DNA of 64,000 bases from Octopus vulgaris (taxonomy: Eukaryota): NCBI GenBank assembly GCA_951406725.2, contig OX597838.1, forward strand, positions 4,216,001 to 4,280,000, given 5' to 3'. The notes under the pieces were generated by a model. It was not told the origin of the DNA and made no database searches. It was given only the letters and a program-made list of their open reading frames with translations. A program made the translations under genes and the position numbers. Within the stretch, counting starts at the first letter, position 1, and each line of letters starts with the position of its first letter. Positions 1 through 12,521 of this stretch are shown here, piece after piece.

Positions 1-238
1 TTTCTGTTGGTGTTCCCTCCATTACTGGGGGTGAAGGGTGGAAGGGGAAACCTGACAGTTCGCGCTTGGCTTTCTTCTTCTACCCTTCCCTGTAATTTCC
101 ATCTCCTTCTAGCTACCCCTCTCCCCCGCCTCAAGCGTCTCTCTCTCTCTCTCTCTCTCTCTGCTATAGCTTTTCACTTTTCTTCTCTTGTATACCTTTT
201 CTTTCCCCCCTCTCTACGTTTCTCCTTCTCAGACGTTT

Positions 239-269
<31 letters not shown>

Positions 270-399
270 TTTATCCTTGTTTTTCTCTCTCTATAATTAA
301 CTCCTTTTCTTTTTCTCGTTCTCTCTTCCCCTTTGCCAAGTTTTTTTTTCCTTCTCGCTAACTTTTTCCTCGTCTTCATTATAATCTTTCTTTCTCTCT

Positions 400-509
400 C
401 TCTTTCACACATACACACACACTCTCTCTCTCTCTCTTTCACACACACACTCTCTCTCTTTCACACACACACACACACACACTCTCTCTCTCTTTCACAC
501 ACACACACA

Positions 510-544
<35 letters not shown>

Positions 545-550
545 TCTCTC

Positions 551-631
<81 letters not shown>

Positions 632-670
632 CTCTTTCACACACACACACACACACACTCTCTCTCTCTT
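400..670. repeat. Compound (CA)n/(CT)n microsatellite in a pyrimidine-rich block (to ~960)
   Basis: Direct reading. Confidence 0.9.
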
Positions 671-1416
671 GTTGGATCCATCTCTCCCCCCCTTCCTCTT
701 GCATTCTCTAGTTGTTTCTCCCTCTCTAAATCTTCCCCCCTCTCTCTCTCTCTGCCTCTGTCTACCTCAACTTTCACTCTTTCTCCCTTTCACATCAACT
801 TCACCTTCTTCCCTCCCCTCCAATCCCACGCTCTCTCACTTCTCCAATTACTCATTCCTCTCCAAATGGAGACATACAAGATATTAGTTTTCACTCAGCT
901 CCCTTCCCCCCCTCCCCCGCCTATACATCTATCCCCTTCCCCCCCCTCCAACTCCTTTATAGTTCCCACACACTTCAACATTCACACACACACACACGCG
1001 TTTATTACCGCGACCTCCACCACCACCACCACCACCGCCGCCTTTCCAGACTTGCCACACTCACCCGCCTGCACTCCACGCAAACAATTGTCTCAGAGGG
1101 GGAGAGGAATGAAGAAAGAAAGAAAGAAAGAAAGAAAGAAGATATACATTAGTCACACTTGTTTGTTTATATTTACGTTATGTCTCGCCGAGAGAAAGTG
1201 TGTGTGTGTGTGTCTACATGCAAGAGAGACTAACTTCGATGCTTCTTTTTATCCACCTAAAAAACGCATTTTTAAATACACACACGCATTATTAATCAGC
1301 AGAAGTTATGGAGCGACTGTTGACAGGAGCAAACGAACGGAACTCTCGGCCCCTGAGTCACTCTGTAACTTCTGCCGTTTATCTATAATAATATAATAAT
1401 AATAATAATAAACAAG

Positions 1417-2007
1417 AGGCGCAGGAGTGGCTGTGTGGTAAGTAGCTTGCTTACCAAATCACATAGTTCCGGGTTCAGTTTCACTGCGTGGCACCTTGGG
1501 CAAGTGTCTTCTACTATAGCCTCGGGCCGACCAAAGCATTGTGAGTGGATTTGGTAGACAGAAACTTTCTACTATAGACACAAGGCCCGAAATCTGGAGG
1601 GAGAGGACCAGTCGATTAGATTGACCTCAGTATGTAACTGGTACTTACTTTATCGACCATGAAAGGATGAAAGACAAAGTTGACCTCAGCAGAATTTGAA
1701 CTCAGAACATAGCAGTTGATGAAATGCTGCTAAGCATTATGCCTGGTGTGCTAACGATTCTGCCAGCTTGCAGCTTTGATAATAATAATAATCTTTTCTA
1801 CTCTAGGCACAAGGCCCCAAATTTTGGGGGAGTGGAGTGGGGAGCAGTCAATTAGATCGGCCCCCAGTATGCAACTGGTGCTTATTGACCTCGAAGGGCT
1901 GAAAGGCAAAGTCAACCTTGGTGGAATTTGAACTCAGAACGTAAGGACGGACAAAATGCTTCAAAACATTTTGCTTGGTATGCTAATAATTCTGCCAGCT
2001 CGACACC

Positions 2008-2008
<1 letters not shown>
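1417..2008. mobile_element. SINE cluster: 5' part of CORE-type SINE (+) followed by two Nin/Meta-domain-like SINEs (-)
   Basis: tRNA-like A/B boxes (tggctgtgtggt, ggttcagttc), CORE-like ccttgggcaagtg, then reverse complement of gactttgcctttcatccttt..gtcgataaa..taccag. Confidence 0.85.
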
Positions 2009-2046
<38 letters not shown>

Positions 2047-2278
2047 TAAAGCCACTTGTCATTGGTGCGCTGGGTACCATAAGCAAGAATTTCATTGTGA
2101 CAAACTTTTGTTATGCACAATACTTTAAGAAAAGGTACTTGGTACCGAAGGTCACGAGAAGTGACTTGCTATTTGAGCAGAATGACTCGACATAACTCCT
2201 AAGACCAAGACAAATAATAAAGACAATGATATACATATATATAGCAGCATATACATATATATAGTCAAGTATCAGCTT

Positions 2279-2323
<45 letters not shown>

Positions 2324-2359
2324 ACATACATACTTATATGTCCATACCAGCATAATAAA

Positions 2360-2670
2360 CCTGACAGGGAATTGGGACAGAGAAGAGAAACTGTGGACAG
2401 TGGAGGAAATAATCTGCCCATTGGATATTAACGAAAGGTTAAAGATCAGTGAAAAAGTAGGTACCTACGCTGAACCCAAATTACAAGTTCAGGTTTATAC
2501 CTGTAATTATTGGGGTACTGGGGGTATGTAACACGTTGCCTAAGTACCAATCTTGAGAATTGGGCTTCTCAAAAGCAGAAAGGAGAAAGCTGATTCGAAG
2601 ACTATGGATCCAAACCATCACTGGAACTGTAAAAATCTGTAAAACTTTTCAGAAGTTCTTCATTTAAATA
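2360..2670 (+). mobile_element. REL-endonuclease (R4/NeSL-like) non-LTR retrotransposon 3' fragment
   Basis: VEEIICPLDINERLKISEKVGTYA...IIGVLGYV...IQTITGTVKICKTF*. A related piece VKPLVIGALGTISKNF lies at ~2046-2190. Confidence 0.55.
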
Positions 2671-4438
2671 TATATAAGCATGTCTAGACATGCAACTATA
2701 TGCATGAGAATACATACATATCTACACTTGTACTGACTCCAGATACTGTGTACACACACACACACATCACACGTGAAAAAGTACCCTGTTGATGTTGTTG
2801 AAATTCCAATGAAGGAGCCTTGGATCTGGGTCAGAAACTGGTTCTTTCTCTATTGGCAAGAAATCTTGAAATAAAACTGAATAATTACACACATATACAT
2901 ATATAATAGTGTAGGAAATATACATGGAGAAAACCACCATGTGGATTTCTTACTTGCTAGAAAGGCCCTTTCTTGCATGAAAGAAATCCACATGGTAGGT
3001 TTCTCTCCATTTGTATTTCATACACTGTTATATTTAAAAATATTTGGCTTCTGATTCTTATTACACATGCTAACCACTGGTATAAATTATTTGATAATTT
3101 TTACCCTTGTATTTATAAAGTTACATATACATACATATCTACACACATGCACGCGTGCACGATGTTTGGGCTAAATTTGGCAGTTTTCATAAGCAGAAAA
3201 GGAAGCATAATGCCCCATCCCAAATAACATTTTTTTTAAAAAACATCAAAAGATATCAATTGGACACCAGTTTAGTCAAAGTAACTGCCCTCAGCTTCCA
3301 CCATGGCCTGAAGACGGTTATGGAACCTGGCACATGCGCACCTCACTGTGTCCCCGGGAAGATCTTTGAACATCCCTTTGATCTTTGTCACCAGATCAGC
3401 CCTGGCCTTGCAGGTAGGGCAATCGGTGTCTTTTCCAACCATGCCCCACACTTAGTAATGCATTGTTTAACATCCGTTTTCCATGCTGGCATGGTTTGGA
3501 CGGTTTGACTGAGGTCTGGAGAGCCAGTGGCTGCACCAGGCTCAAATCTGATCTGGCAAGGTTTCTACAGCTGGATGCCCTTCTTAATGCCAACCACTCT
3601 GAGAGTGTAGTGGGTGCTTTTTACGTGCCACCAGCACAGGAGCCAGTCAGTCAGGCCTGGCACCGACCACATTTGGATAGTGCTCTTTACATGCCACCAG
3701 CAGGAGATCCAATCAGGGGACACTGGCATTGACCACGTTTGGAGGGTGCTTTTTACATACCACCGGCACAGGAGCCAGTCATGTTCGGATAGTGCTTTTT
3801 GTGTGCCACTGGCATGGGAGCCCACACACACACATACACACATGATGTTGCAGTTAAATCAAATTCCTATGCCAGACTTCTCTGCCGCAGTCGCTCTGTT
3901 AATCCCAGATTATCGAGTGAAAGAGAAGAATCGATCGTTTGATGTAGGACAGGGATCAGGAGAGAGAGAGCTGGATGAATGGATAAATAGATAGATTGAC
4001 AGATCGATATGTGAGCAGAGATTAGAGATATTGGAGAACTGATATGCACAGAACAGATGCATGTGTGTGTGTGGCTGTGTGGTAAGTAGCTTGCTTATCA
4101 ACCACATGGTTCTGGGTTCAGTCCCACTATGTGGGCACCTTGGGCAAGTGTCTTCTACTATAGCCTTGGGGGCTGATCAAAGCCTTGTGAGTGGAATTGG
4201 TAGATGGAAACTGAAAGAAGCCTGTCTATATATATATATATATGATATATAAATATATCCATACATGCATATATGGGTACAGGACATCTAAAAAACATTT
4301 AACACAATGAGAAACGAAAACATAGAAACGAACTTTTTTCAAACAACGGAAAAAACAAACAGAGAAACGAGACATACAACATGAAGAATATTTCCCTTCT
4401 TCAGTTGTCCCTATTTCATCTACTCCATGTTTCGAAGG

Positions 4439-4472
<34 letters not shown>

Positions 4473-4994
4473 TGTCTGTGTTTGTCCTGTCACCCCCATC
4501 ACTTGACAACTGATGTTGGTGTCTTTACATCCCCATAACTTAGCAGTGTTCAGCAAGAGAGACCGATAGAATAAGTACCAGTGCTTACAAAGAATAAGTC
4601 CTGGGGTCGATTTGTTCAACTAAAGGCGGCACTCCAGCATGGTCGCAATCAAAATGACTGAAACAATAGAAATATACAGACACATAGGTTTGGTGATGCC
4701 AGCTGAAAACTAGAACTCAAAACCTGTGTGTGCATATATATACATACATTTATACACACATACATGTATCTGTTCTGTGCAAATCAGTTCTCCAATATCT
4801 CTAATCTCTGCTCATATATCGATCTGTCAATCTATCTGTTTATCCGTTCATCCAGCTCTCTCCTGATCCCTGTCCTACATCAATCAATTCTTGTATCTCA
4901 TTCGATTATCTGGGATTAACAACAGAGCGACTGCGGTGGGGGAGTCTGACATTGAAGCTTGATTTAACTGCAACATCGTGTGTGTATGTGTGTG

Positions 4995-5027
<33 letters not shown>

Positions 5028-5030
<3 letters not shown>

Positions 5031-5236
5031 AGGTGGTACTGGAAAGTTCCTGGCTTTGGGTAAAAGAAAATCCTGGAGGATCAGTTAATTATGATTTTAT
5101 TCCATATATTCCCAGCTGTTTCATGCCCTTATTGTAGTGGTCCTTCAGTTTTTCTAAGCCCTGTAAAAGAACTTGGGTCTCCAGCCAGGCCTTTCACAAT
5201 ACTCTTAAAGCCAGGAACTTTTCAGTACTACCTTGT
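5028..5236 (-). mobile_element. Second copy of the mariner-derived MITE, opposite orientation
   Basis: TIRs acaaggtggtactggaaagttcctggcttt / aaagccaggaactttttcagtactaccttgt. Interior is the reverse complement of 24835-25053. Confidence 0.82.
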
Positions 5237-5591
5237 GTGTGTATGTGTATAAATATATAATCATCATTGGTCGGCAGAAATGACATTGACTGAAGTGCTG
5301 AGAGTTTTGTGCACTCATGATGAGTGCCATTGCATGAAACTCGCTGTCCTTGAGTCACTCTGTAACTTCTGCCGATTACTCCAAGGAGACTAGTGTTGGT
5401 CTGCATTGGTAAAATCTGTATTTTTTTTTTAGTAAAATCAATTAAATCTGTACAGGGAATTTGCTGTGAAGTGTGAAAAAAATTCAATGATTCAGACATT
5501 GTCCTTCTTCAAGCAAGCTAAAAGAGAGAGAAATAAATATAACAGAGTTTTACATCCCCTAAGTTAAAGACAGAAAAAACTTAGAGAATGA

Positions 5592-6007
5592 GTGCAGGAG
5601 TGGCTGTGTGGTAAGTAGCTTGCTTACCAACCACATGGTTCAGTCCCACTGCATGGCACCATGGGTAAGTGTCTTCTACTATAGCCTCAGGCCGACCAAA
5701 GCCTTGTGAGTGGATTTGCTAGACAGAAACTGAAAGAAGCCCGTCGTGTATATATATATATATATGTCTGTGTTTGTCCCCCAACATCACGTGACAACAT
5801 ATGCTGGTGTGTTTATGTCCCTGTAGCTTAGCAGTTCAGCAAAAGAGACCGATAGAATAAGTCCTGAGGTCGATTTGTTCGACTAAAGGCGGTGCTCCAG
5901 CATGGCCGCAGTCACATGGTTCCGGGTTCAGTCCCACTGTGTGGCATCTTGGGCAAGTGTCTTCCACTATAGCCTCTGAAACTGAAAAGAAGCCCGTCGT
6001 ATATATG

Positions 6008-6040
<33 letters not shown>

Positions 6041-6232
6041 ATTTGTCCCCCCAACATCGCTTGACAACCGATGCTGGTGTGTTTACGTCCCCATAATTTA
6101 GTAGTTCGGCAAAAAGAGACCGATAGAATAAGTACTAGGCTTACACAGAATAAGTCCTGAGGTCAATTTGCTCGACTAAAGGCGGTGCTCCAGCATGGCC
6201 ACAGTCAAATGACTGAAACAAGTAAAAGAGAG
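5592..6232 (+). mobile_element. Two tandem CORE-type tRNA-derived SINEs (octopus OR2-like; family name inferred)
   Basis: tRNA head, ccttgggcaagtgtcttctactatagc core, internal (TA)n/(TG)n and gtaaaagag tail. Same family at 4070-4670(+), 24130-24450(+), 55830-56140(+). Confidence 0.85.
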
Positions 6233-6469
6233 CATATATATATATATATATATGGGTAGATTGATAGCCTGTTGTTGTTGCTTAGCCCTGCATAAGCCCT
6301 GTTTGAGCATAGACCTGTGATCAAAGGTGTTCCGGTCTTGAACATTTCATATCCAATGTGTCCCATGTCCTGTTTTTAAGGTGGCATTATGTGATTTGGT
6401 TGCTTTTTCTAGCAGATTGAGAGTTCTTGTTGTGGCTCTAGGATCAGCTGGATGGTTCGATAATTACAT

Positions 6470-6724
6470 GATTGGATGGATGGATGGATAGATAGATAGA
6501 CAGATAGATAGATACAGACAGGCAGGCAGACAGATAGACAGATTGAGAGATAGATATAGACAGACAGATAGATTGAGAGATATAGACAGATAGATTGAGA
6601 GATAGATATAGACAGACAAATAGATTGAGAGATATAGACAGATAGATTGAGAGATAGATATAGACAGACAAATAGATTGAGAGATATAGACAGATAGATT
6701 GAGAGATAGATATAGACAGACAGA
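6470..6724. repeat. GATA/GACA-based compound minisatellite
   Basis: Recurrent gatagattgagagata(ga)tatagacagaca units. Confidence 0.9.
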
Positions 6725-7289
6725 AAGTGTGGGTTCGTATCTCGTCACTGTCGACGACCTACTGTGTGGTTAGGGGTCGGCTGCAGTGCCTACTGTCGGT
6801 CGCAGCATCATAGCAGGTAAGAAGAACAAGAAGATATGAACGAGTATCGTATAAAAGGTTGTGATGAAGTAAGCAAAGCCTTTTCTCCCCCCTCCCCTCC
6901 CCGTCGTGTTTGGTATGATCGGTTTTGCGTCTACAACAGATCGATTACCGTCACTTCCGCTTGTTGGTCAGGCAGCAGCAGCAGCAGTAGTGGCGACGGC
7001 GGTGATTGTAGCGATGATGGTGGTGGTGGTGGTGGTGGTGGTGGTGGTGGTGGTGGTGGTGGTAGGGGTGGTGGAAAGTGCAGCAGCAGCAGCAGCAGCA
7101 AGCCCCGCAGGCGTATCACCATAGCGACCAGAGACCATCACAGCACTGATATATGTAAGAGTGCACGAATGATTGGATGTGTGTGTTTATTGGAGATGTA
7201 ACAGTTGATGAGTCACTCATTGGCTGTTGGCAAACAAACACTTGCTGAGTCGATGGAGCGAGCGAGGGAGTGAGTGAGGTGTGCATGAG

Positions 7290-7605
7290 TGGGGTGGGGT
7301 GGCGGCGGTGGTGGTGGTGGTGGTGGCGGTGGCGGCGGTGGTGGTGGCGGTGGTGGTTGTGATGGTGGTGGTGGTGGTGGTGGTGGTGGTGGCGGTGGTG
7401 GTGGTGGCGGTGGTGGTGGCGGCGGTGGTGGTGGTGGCGGCGGTGGTGGTGGTGGTGGTGGTGGTGGTGGTTGTGATGGTGGTGGTGGCGGTGGTGGTGG
7501 TGGCGGTGGTGGTGGTGGTGGTGGTGGTGGCGGCGGTGGTGGTGGTGGTGGTGGTGGTGGTGGTGGTGGTGGTGGCGGTGGTGGTGGTGGTGGTGGTTGT
7601 GATGG
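7290..7605. repeat. (GGT/GGC)n trinucleotide array
   Basis: About 310 nt of GGT/GGC units; explains the poly-G and poly-V ORFs. Confidence 0.95.
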
Positions 7606-7782
7606 ATGGCTGCTGTGAGAGGTGACGAATAACGGTGGTAGGAGTTTGGGGGAGTCCTGGAGGTGATGTTAACTACTCCTAGTTATTTAGATCCAGGTCA
7701 GCATCGTTCGGACTGACCTATGAGCGAAGGCCTTCCAGCCGTGACCACCCCCGTTTAAAAAAAAAAAAAAAATTTCCAACGC

Positions 7783-8235
7783 ATTTTTTGCCAGCTGAGT
7801 GGACTGGAGCAATGTGAAAATAAAGTGTCTTGCTCAACGACACAATGCCTAGCCAGGAATTGAACTCATGACCTTACGATCATGAGTCAAATACCTTAAC
7901 CACTGAACCATGCGCCTTCATGTACACATACACGCACACACACAAACTTGCATTCTGTCGGTTCCGGTTCACTCAATCAATGGAACAGCTTGCTTGTGAA
8001 GTTAACAAGCAACTGGTTGAGTACTCCACAGACATATGTTACCCTTTCACGTACTTCTGAGGGAGATTCAGTGTGACAAGGCTGGTCCCTTGAAATACAG
8101 GTACTATTCATTTTTGCCAGCTGAGTGGACTGGAGCAATGTGAAATAGAGTGTCTTGTTCAAGGACACAGGGCACCACTGGGAATTGAACTCACAACCTT
8201 AAAATCACGAGCCAAATGCTCTAACCACTAAGCTA
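7783..8235 (-). mobile_element. Two V-SINE-like tRNA-derived SINEs
   Basis: tRNA head plus ttgagcaagacactt...ttgctccagtccactcagctggcaaaaatg on minus. Another copy at ~34640-34780. Confidence 0.7.
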
Positions 8236-8242
8236 TACTCTT

Positions 8243-8650
8243 TCTCTCTCTTTTACTCTTTTACTTGTTTCAGTCATTTGACTGTGGCCATGCTGGAGCA
8301 CCGCCTTTAGTCGAGCAACTCGACCCCGGGACTTATTCTTTTTGTAAGCCCAGTACTTATTCTATCGGTCTCTTTTTGCTAAACCGCTAAGTGACAGGGA
8401 CGTAAACACACCAACATCGGTTGTCAAGCAATGCTAGGGGGACAAACACAGACACACAAACACACACATACATATATATATATATATACATATATACGAC
8501 AGGCTTCTTTCAGTTTCCGTCTACCAAATCCACTCACAAGGCATTGGTTGGCCCGGGGCTATAGCAGAAGACACTTGCCCAAGATGCCACGCAGTGGGAC
8601 TGAACCCAGAACCATGTGGTTGGTTAGCAAGCTACTTACCACACAGCCAC
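8243..8650 (-). mobile_element. CORE-type SINE, near full length
   Basis: Reverse complement of the family at 5592. Further minus copies at 46175-46665, 55260-55647, 63180-63537, 37365-37670. Confidence 0.88.
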
Positions 8651-8722
8651 CACATATAAACTTCCTTGTAAATTTCCTTGTAAGTTACCGTAAACTTTTA
8701 CTGTAAACTATTTTGGTTTCAG

Positions 8723-8953
8723 GTGATGTAAATGGAATTGAAATGCAGATAATCCCGCAGACACAGTTTATTCCACTTCCTGAGGCCCTTTGCCTCATCA
8801 TTATGGACCTGAACAACAACCGTATCGTGGCCACCCTCGATACAGTGCAAGAGAAACTGGAGCAGTGTTACAAAGAGATGGAGATTCCCAGTGAAGAACT
8901 GATCTATGCGACTCTTGCAAACTTGATTCAAGAAGGGAAAGTTTTCCATACAG
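8723..8953 (+). CDS. STOX: Storkhead-box protein (STOX1/STOX2-like), internal exon encoding the winged-helix Stork_head domain
   Basis: tttcAG|GTGATG...CATACAG|GTaggt, 231 nt, phase 1-1. Translates (G)DVNGIEMQIIPQTQFIPLPEALCLIIMDLNNNRIVATLDTVQEKLEQCYKEMEIPSEELIYATLANLIQEGKVFHT(G), matching the STOX signature GDV..M.PI.Q.QF.PL.E.LC..I..MN......L..LI.E.KI.HTG. Confidence 0.93.
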
Positions 8954-10346
8954 GTAGGTGGTAACACCTGCATTGCTTTTTGTTTTTATTTCTTTCAGTT
9001 GTTTTTATTTCTTTCAGTTCTTTCAGTTTTATTTCTTTCAGTTGTTGACTGCCATGACACTGCATCCTTTAAGGCCCTCATGCTTTCCGAAATCCGTCGA
9101 AACTACACCTGATTATATATGCACTTTAGATGAGTTGTAGTGCACCTGAGCACTGTACACAATGTTTATTATTATTATTATTATTATTTAATATTGCCAT
9201 TTCGTTTTTGGATTTGTTCTGTGAGATTTTTCACCATTTAATATCGATCTGTCATGTTTGCATGGCTTGGACAATCCAACAGGATATATTTAGGGAACAA
9301 ACTGTCAGAATTGGCAGCACACCAGGCGGAATGCTTGCCAGCAGTTCTTCCAGCTTTATGTTCCGAGTTCAAATTCCACTGAGGTTGACTTTGTCTTTCA
9401 TCCTTTCGGGATCGACACTGACTACCCCACATTATATAAGGGTTGCCGGGAGTTGCTCTGGGAAAGGGATAAAGATGGTGACGACAGGGTGTCAGAGCGT
9501 GGTTCAAAATGTGTGTTGAAACAGTTCTATCTTGGGAGGGTCCCACACACACACACACACGTACATCTCCCAAAGTATACATACAGTAACGAAAGTTTAA
9601 AGACAATGAGACAGAGCTGAAGTAACGAGGGGAGGGCATGATATTGACGAGGCCAGAAATACAGACGAAAAAGGGCTCCAGCAAACCAGCTGATTGATTT
9701 ATTGATTGACTGAATGATTAATCAAGCAGTTGATTGGATAAATGTTTAATGAGCTGACTCATAACCGCGAAAAGAAGTGGAATATAACCATTGTGTGTGT
9801 GTGTGTTCTTTATTGGCTAAACGCCCCCTCCCCACCTTTGAGATACAACAGTGTTGTTGTTGTTATTTACAAATCCTTATTATTAGCAGGAACATTACCC
9901 TTTGGATTGTTTCAGCTAGCCATTATCATAAGGGGATATATTATCTGTGTTTGGATGAATAAATAATTAGATAAGGGGCCTCACAGTCCCTTCAGCATTG
10001 CTCTTCGCACTATAGTTTGCAAGATGGAGAAATGCCGTGTGTTATATATATTCTTTTATTCTTTTATTTTTTTCAATAATTTTGACTGCAGCCATGCTGG
10101 AGCACCGCCTTTAGTCAAACAAATCGACCCCAGCACTTATTCTTTGAAAGCCTAGTAACTTATTCTATCGGTGTCTTTTGCTGAACCACTAGGTTTTGGG
10201 GATGTAAACACACCAGCATTGGTTGTCAGGCGATGGTGTGTTTATGTCCCCTTAACTTAGTGGTTCAGCAAAAGGCACCGATAGAATAAGTGCTAGGCTT
10301 AGAAAGAATAAGTCCTGGGATCGACTTGTTTGACTAAAGGCATAAG

Positions 10347-11886
10347 TACATAGGTTGAGTATTAATTTATGTTTTTTTTTTCAAATTTATTCTAAACAAA
10401 AAAACTTCAACAAATCAATCAATAACATGCTCTTCATTGTTGTTTATGACTTCCTGCCATCCTTCAATAAGGTTTTTGATGCTTTAGCGACAGAAATCTC
10501 CCTGTCTTGACTCAAAGAATTCGTCCAACCAAGCCCTCAATTTCCACATCATTGTTGAACAATACACCACGCAAAGCATTCGAAAGCGGTCGAAAGAGAT
10601 GAAAACCTGGTGGCACCAAGTCTGGAGAGTATGGGGGGGGGGGGGATGAGGCAGCACTTCCCATTCGAGTTCTTGAATCCTGGCTTTGGTCATATTGGTG
10701 ATGTTAGGATGAGCATTGTTGTATTGCAGAAGAACGCCATTTCGCGTATGCGGTCTTTTTTGCTGGATTGCTTGATTGAGTCGGTGCGGTTGTTGAATGT
10801 AGAGCTCCACATTGAGTTTTTGGGTTGTGCTCAAGCAGTCCGTAATGAATTATGCCTTCCTAGTTCCACGTTCCACCATACACACAACATGGTCTTTCGT
10901 GGATGAAGGTCTTGTTTTGCTTGCAGAGTTGCTAGTTTGTCAGGACTGAGCAATTCTTTTTGCTGCTTCATATTGGCATAATGACACCATTTTCCTATTT
11001 CTTTACTACCAACAAGGGGCTAAACGCAGAGGAGACAAACAAGGATAGACACATGGATTAAGTCGATTATATCGACCCCAGTGCATAACTGGTACTTAAT
11101 TTATCGACCCTCGAAAGGATGAAAAGCAAAGTCGACCTCGGCGGAATTTGAACTCAGAACGTAATGGCAGACGAAATACCGCTAAGCATTTCGCTCGGCA
11201 TGCTAACGTTTCTACCAGCTCGCCGCCATTTTCCATTGTCAGTAACAATGCGGTAAAGGACACTCCGTTTGTGACCATGTGTTGAGTGATGTCAAGTGAG
11301 CAAACTGGTGGCGATTGTGGAGCATTGATTTTTGTTGTTTTCGCTCAGTGTGTGGCACCCAAGTTCTGTGTTTCTGAACCTTGCCCATTGAGTGAAGGTG
11401 GTGAACCACAGTTTTTTTTTTTATCACAGTCCATCTGCTTTGCCAATACTCTGGTTGCTTGACATGGATTTTTGTGAAGTCGATTCAGATGTTCTTCATC
11501 TAACTCAATTGGTTGACAGGTGTGTGTGATCCATCCTTGAGGTCAAAATTCCCATCCATTTATGAAGCACAAAAGCCAACAGTGGGTGATACTTTGAGGC
11601 ATTGCTCCTCCATACCCAGCGCAAATCTCATGAGCAGCTTTGGTGGCCTTAACACCTTGATTAAATGCAAAAAACAAATGGTGTTGAAAATGTTCAGTTT
11701 TATCCACTTGACATTCCATTTTAATGATCTGAAAATACACAAAAATCAATAAAATTAAAAAATCAAAACACTATCTTATAGAGCAAAAAATTCTCTTTCT
11801 AATGACATAAAGCATTTTATTTCTGAGTGCATTTCTGAATCTGAAAAAAAAAACCCTCATGAATTATTCCTCAATCCAAAATATAT
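10347..11886 (-). mobile_element. Decayed mariner (Tc1/mariner) DNA transposon interrupted by a SINE
   Basis: Frameshifted transposase pieces MECQVDKTEHFQHHLFFAFNQGVKATKAAHEIC, WVPH and NNAHPNITNMTKARIQELEWEVLPHPP(..SPDL). Imperfect TIRs ggttgagtattaatttatg / catgaattattcctcaatcc. SINE at ~10995-11227 flanked by CCATTTTCC TSD. Confidence 0.88.
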
Positions 11887-12521
11887 CTATGTATTATTAA
11901 TCCGTTTCAACTGATCTCTCTGATCCGTTTTGTACAGGAAATTGAGTGATTACTTAATACTGCACTTGTGAAAGTAGTTGGAGGGGGTTGATAAAATAAA
12001 TAGCAGTTGAGCACTGGGGTTGATGTAATTGATTCTCCCCCCCCCTTCATAATTGCGCTGGCTTTGTGCCAAAATTAAAAGTATATCATCATCATCATTA
12101 TTAATAGGGTAGTGGATTAGATTATAATGCTGGTTCTGGCTCTTTGCATTCTGAGTTCAAATCAGATCAAGGTCAACTCTCACCTTTTTGTCCTTTCAAG
12201 ATCAATAAAATAAAGTACGAGTACGCATAGAGAGACAGACAGACAGACTGACTGACAGACCGACAGATACTTAGATATATCACTGTATTGATCAGACTCT
12301 TTGATGGTCCCAATGCACTTCCTGATAGTGTTATAGCTTTTGAATGATGCTGACCCACTGGCGAGGTGGTCAGGCCAGGATTCTGCACGAACGGGATGCC
12401 AGTTTGTTGCAGGGTTACCCATTTATAATCGAATGGAATGGGGCAACATGAAATGAAGTGTTTTGCTCTGGGACAAAATGCAATGCTGGTCTGGGAATCA
12501 AAACGGTAATCTTGTGATTGT

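Noticed and set aside
3463-3994. Recurrent peptides such as FLQLDALPNANHSESVVGAFY as a gene family
   Set aside because: Chance translations of a high-copy short retroposon, with frameshifts between copies.
6836-7625. Gly-rich and Val-rich ORFs as a STOX first exon or structural protein
   Set aside because: Derived from (GGT)n and (AGC)n repeats; no STOX N-terminal motif or convincing splice context.
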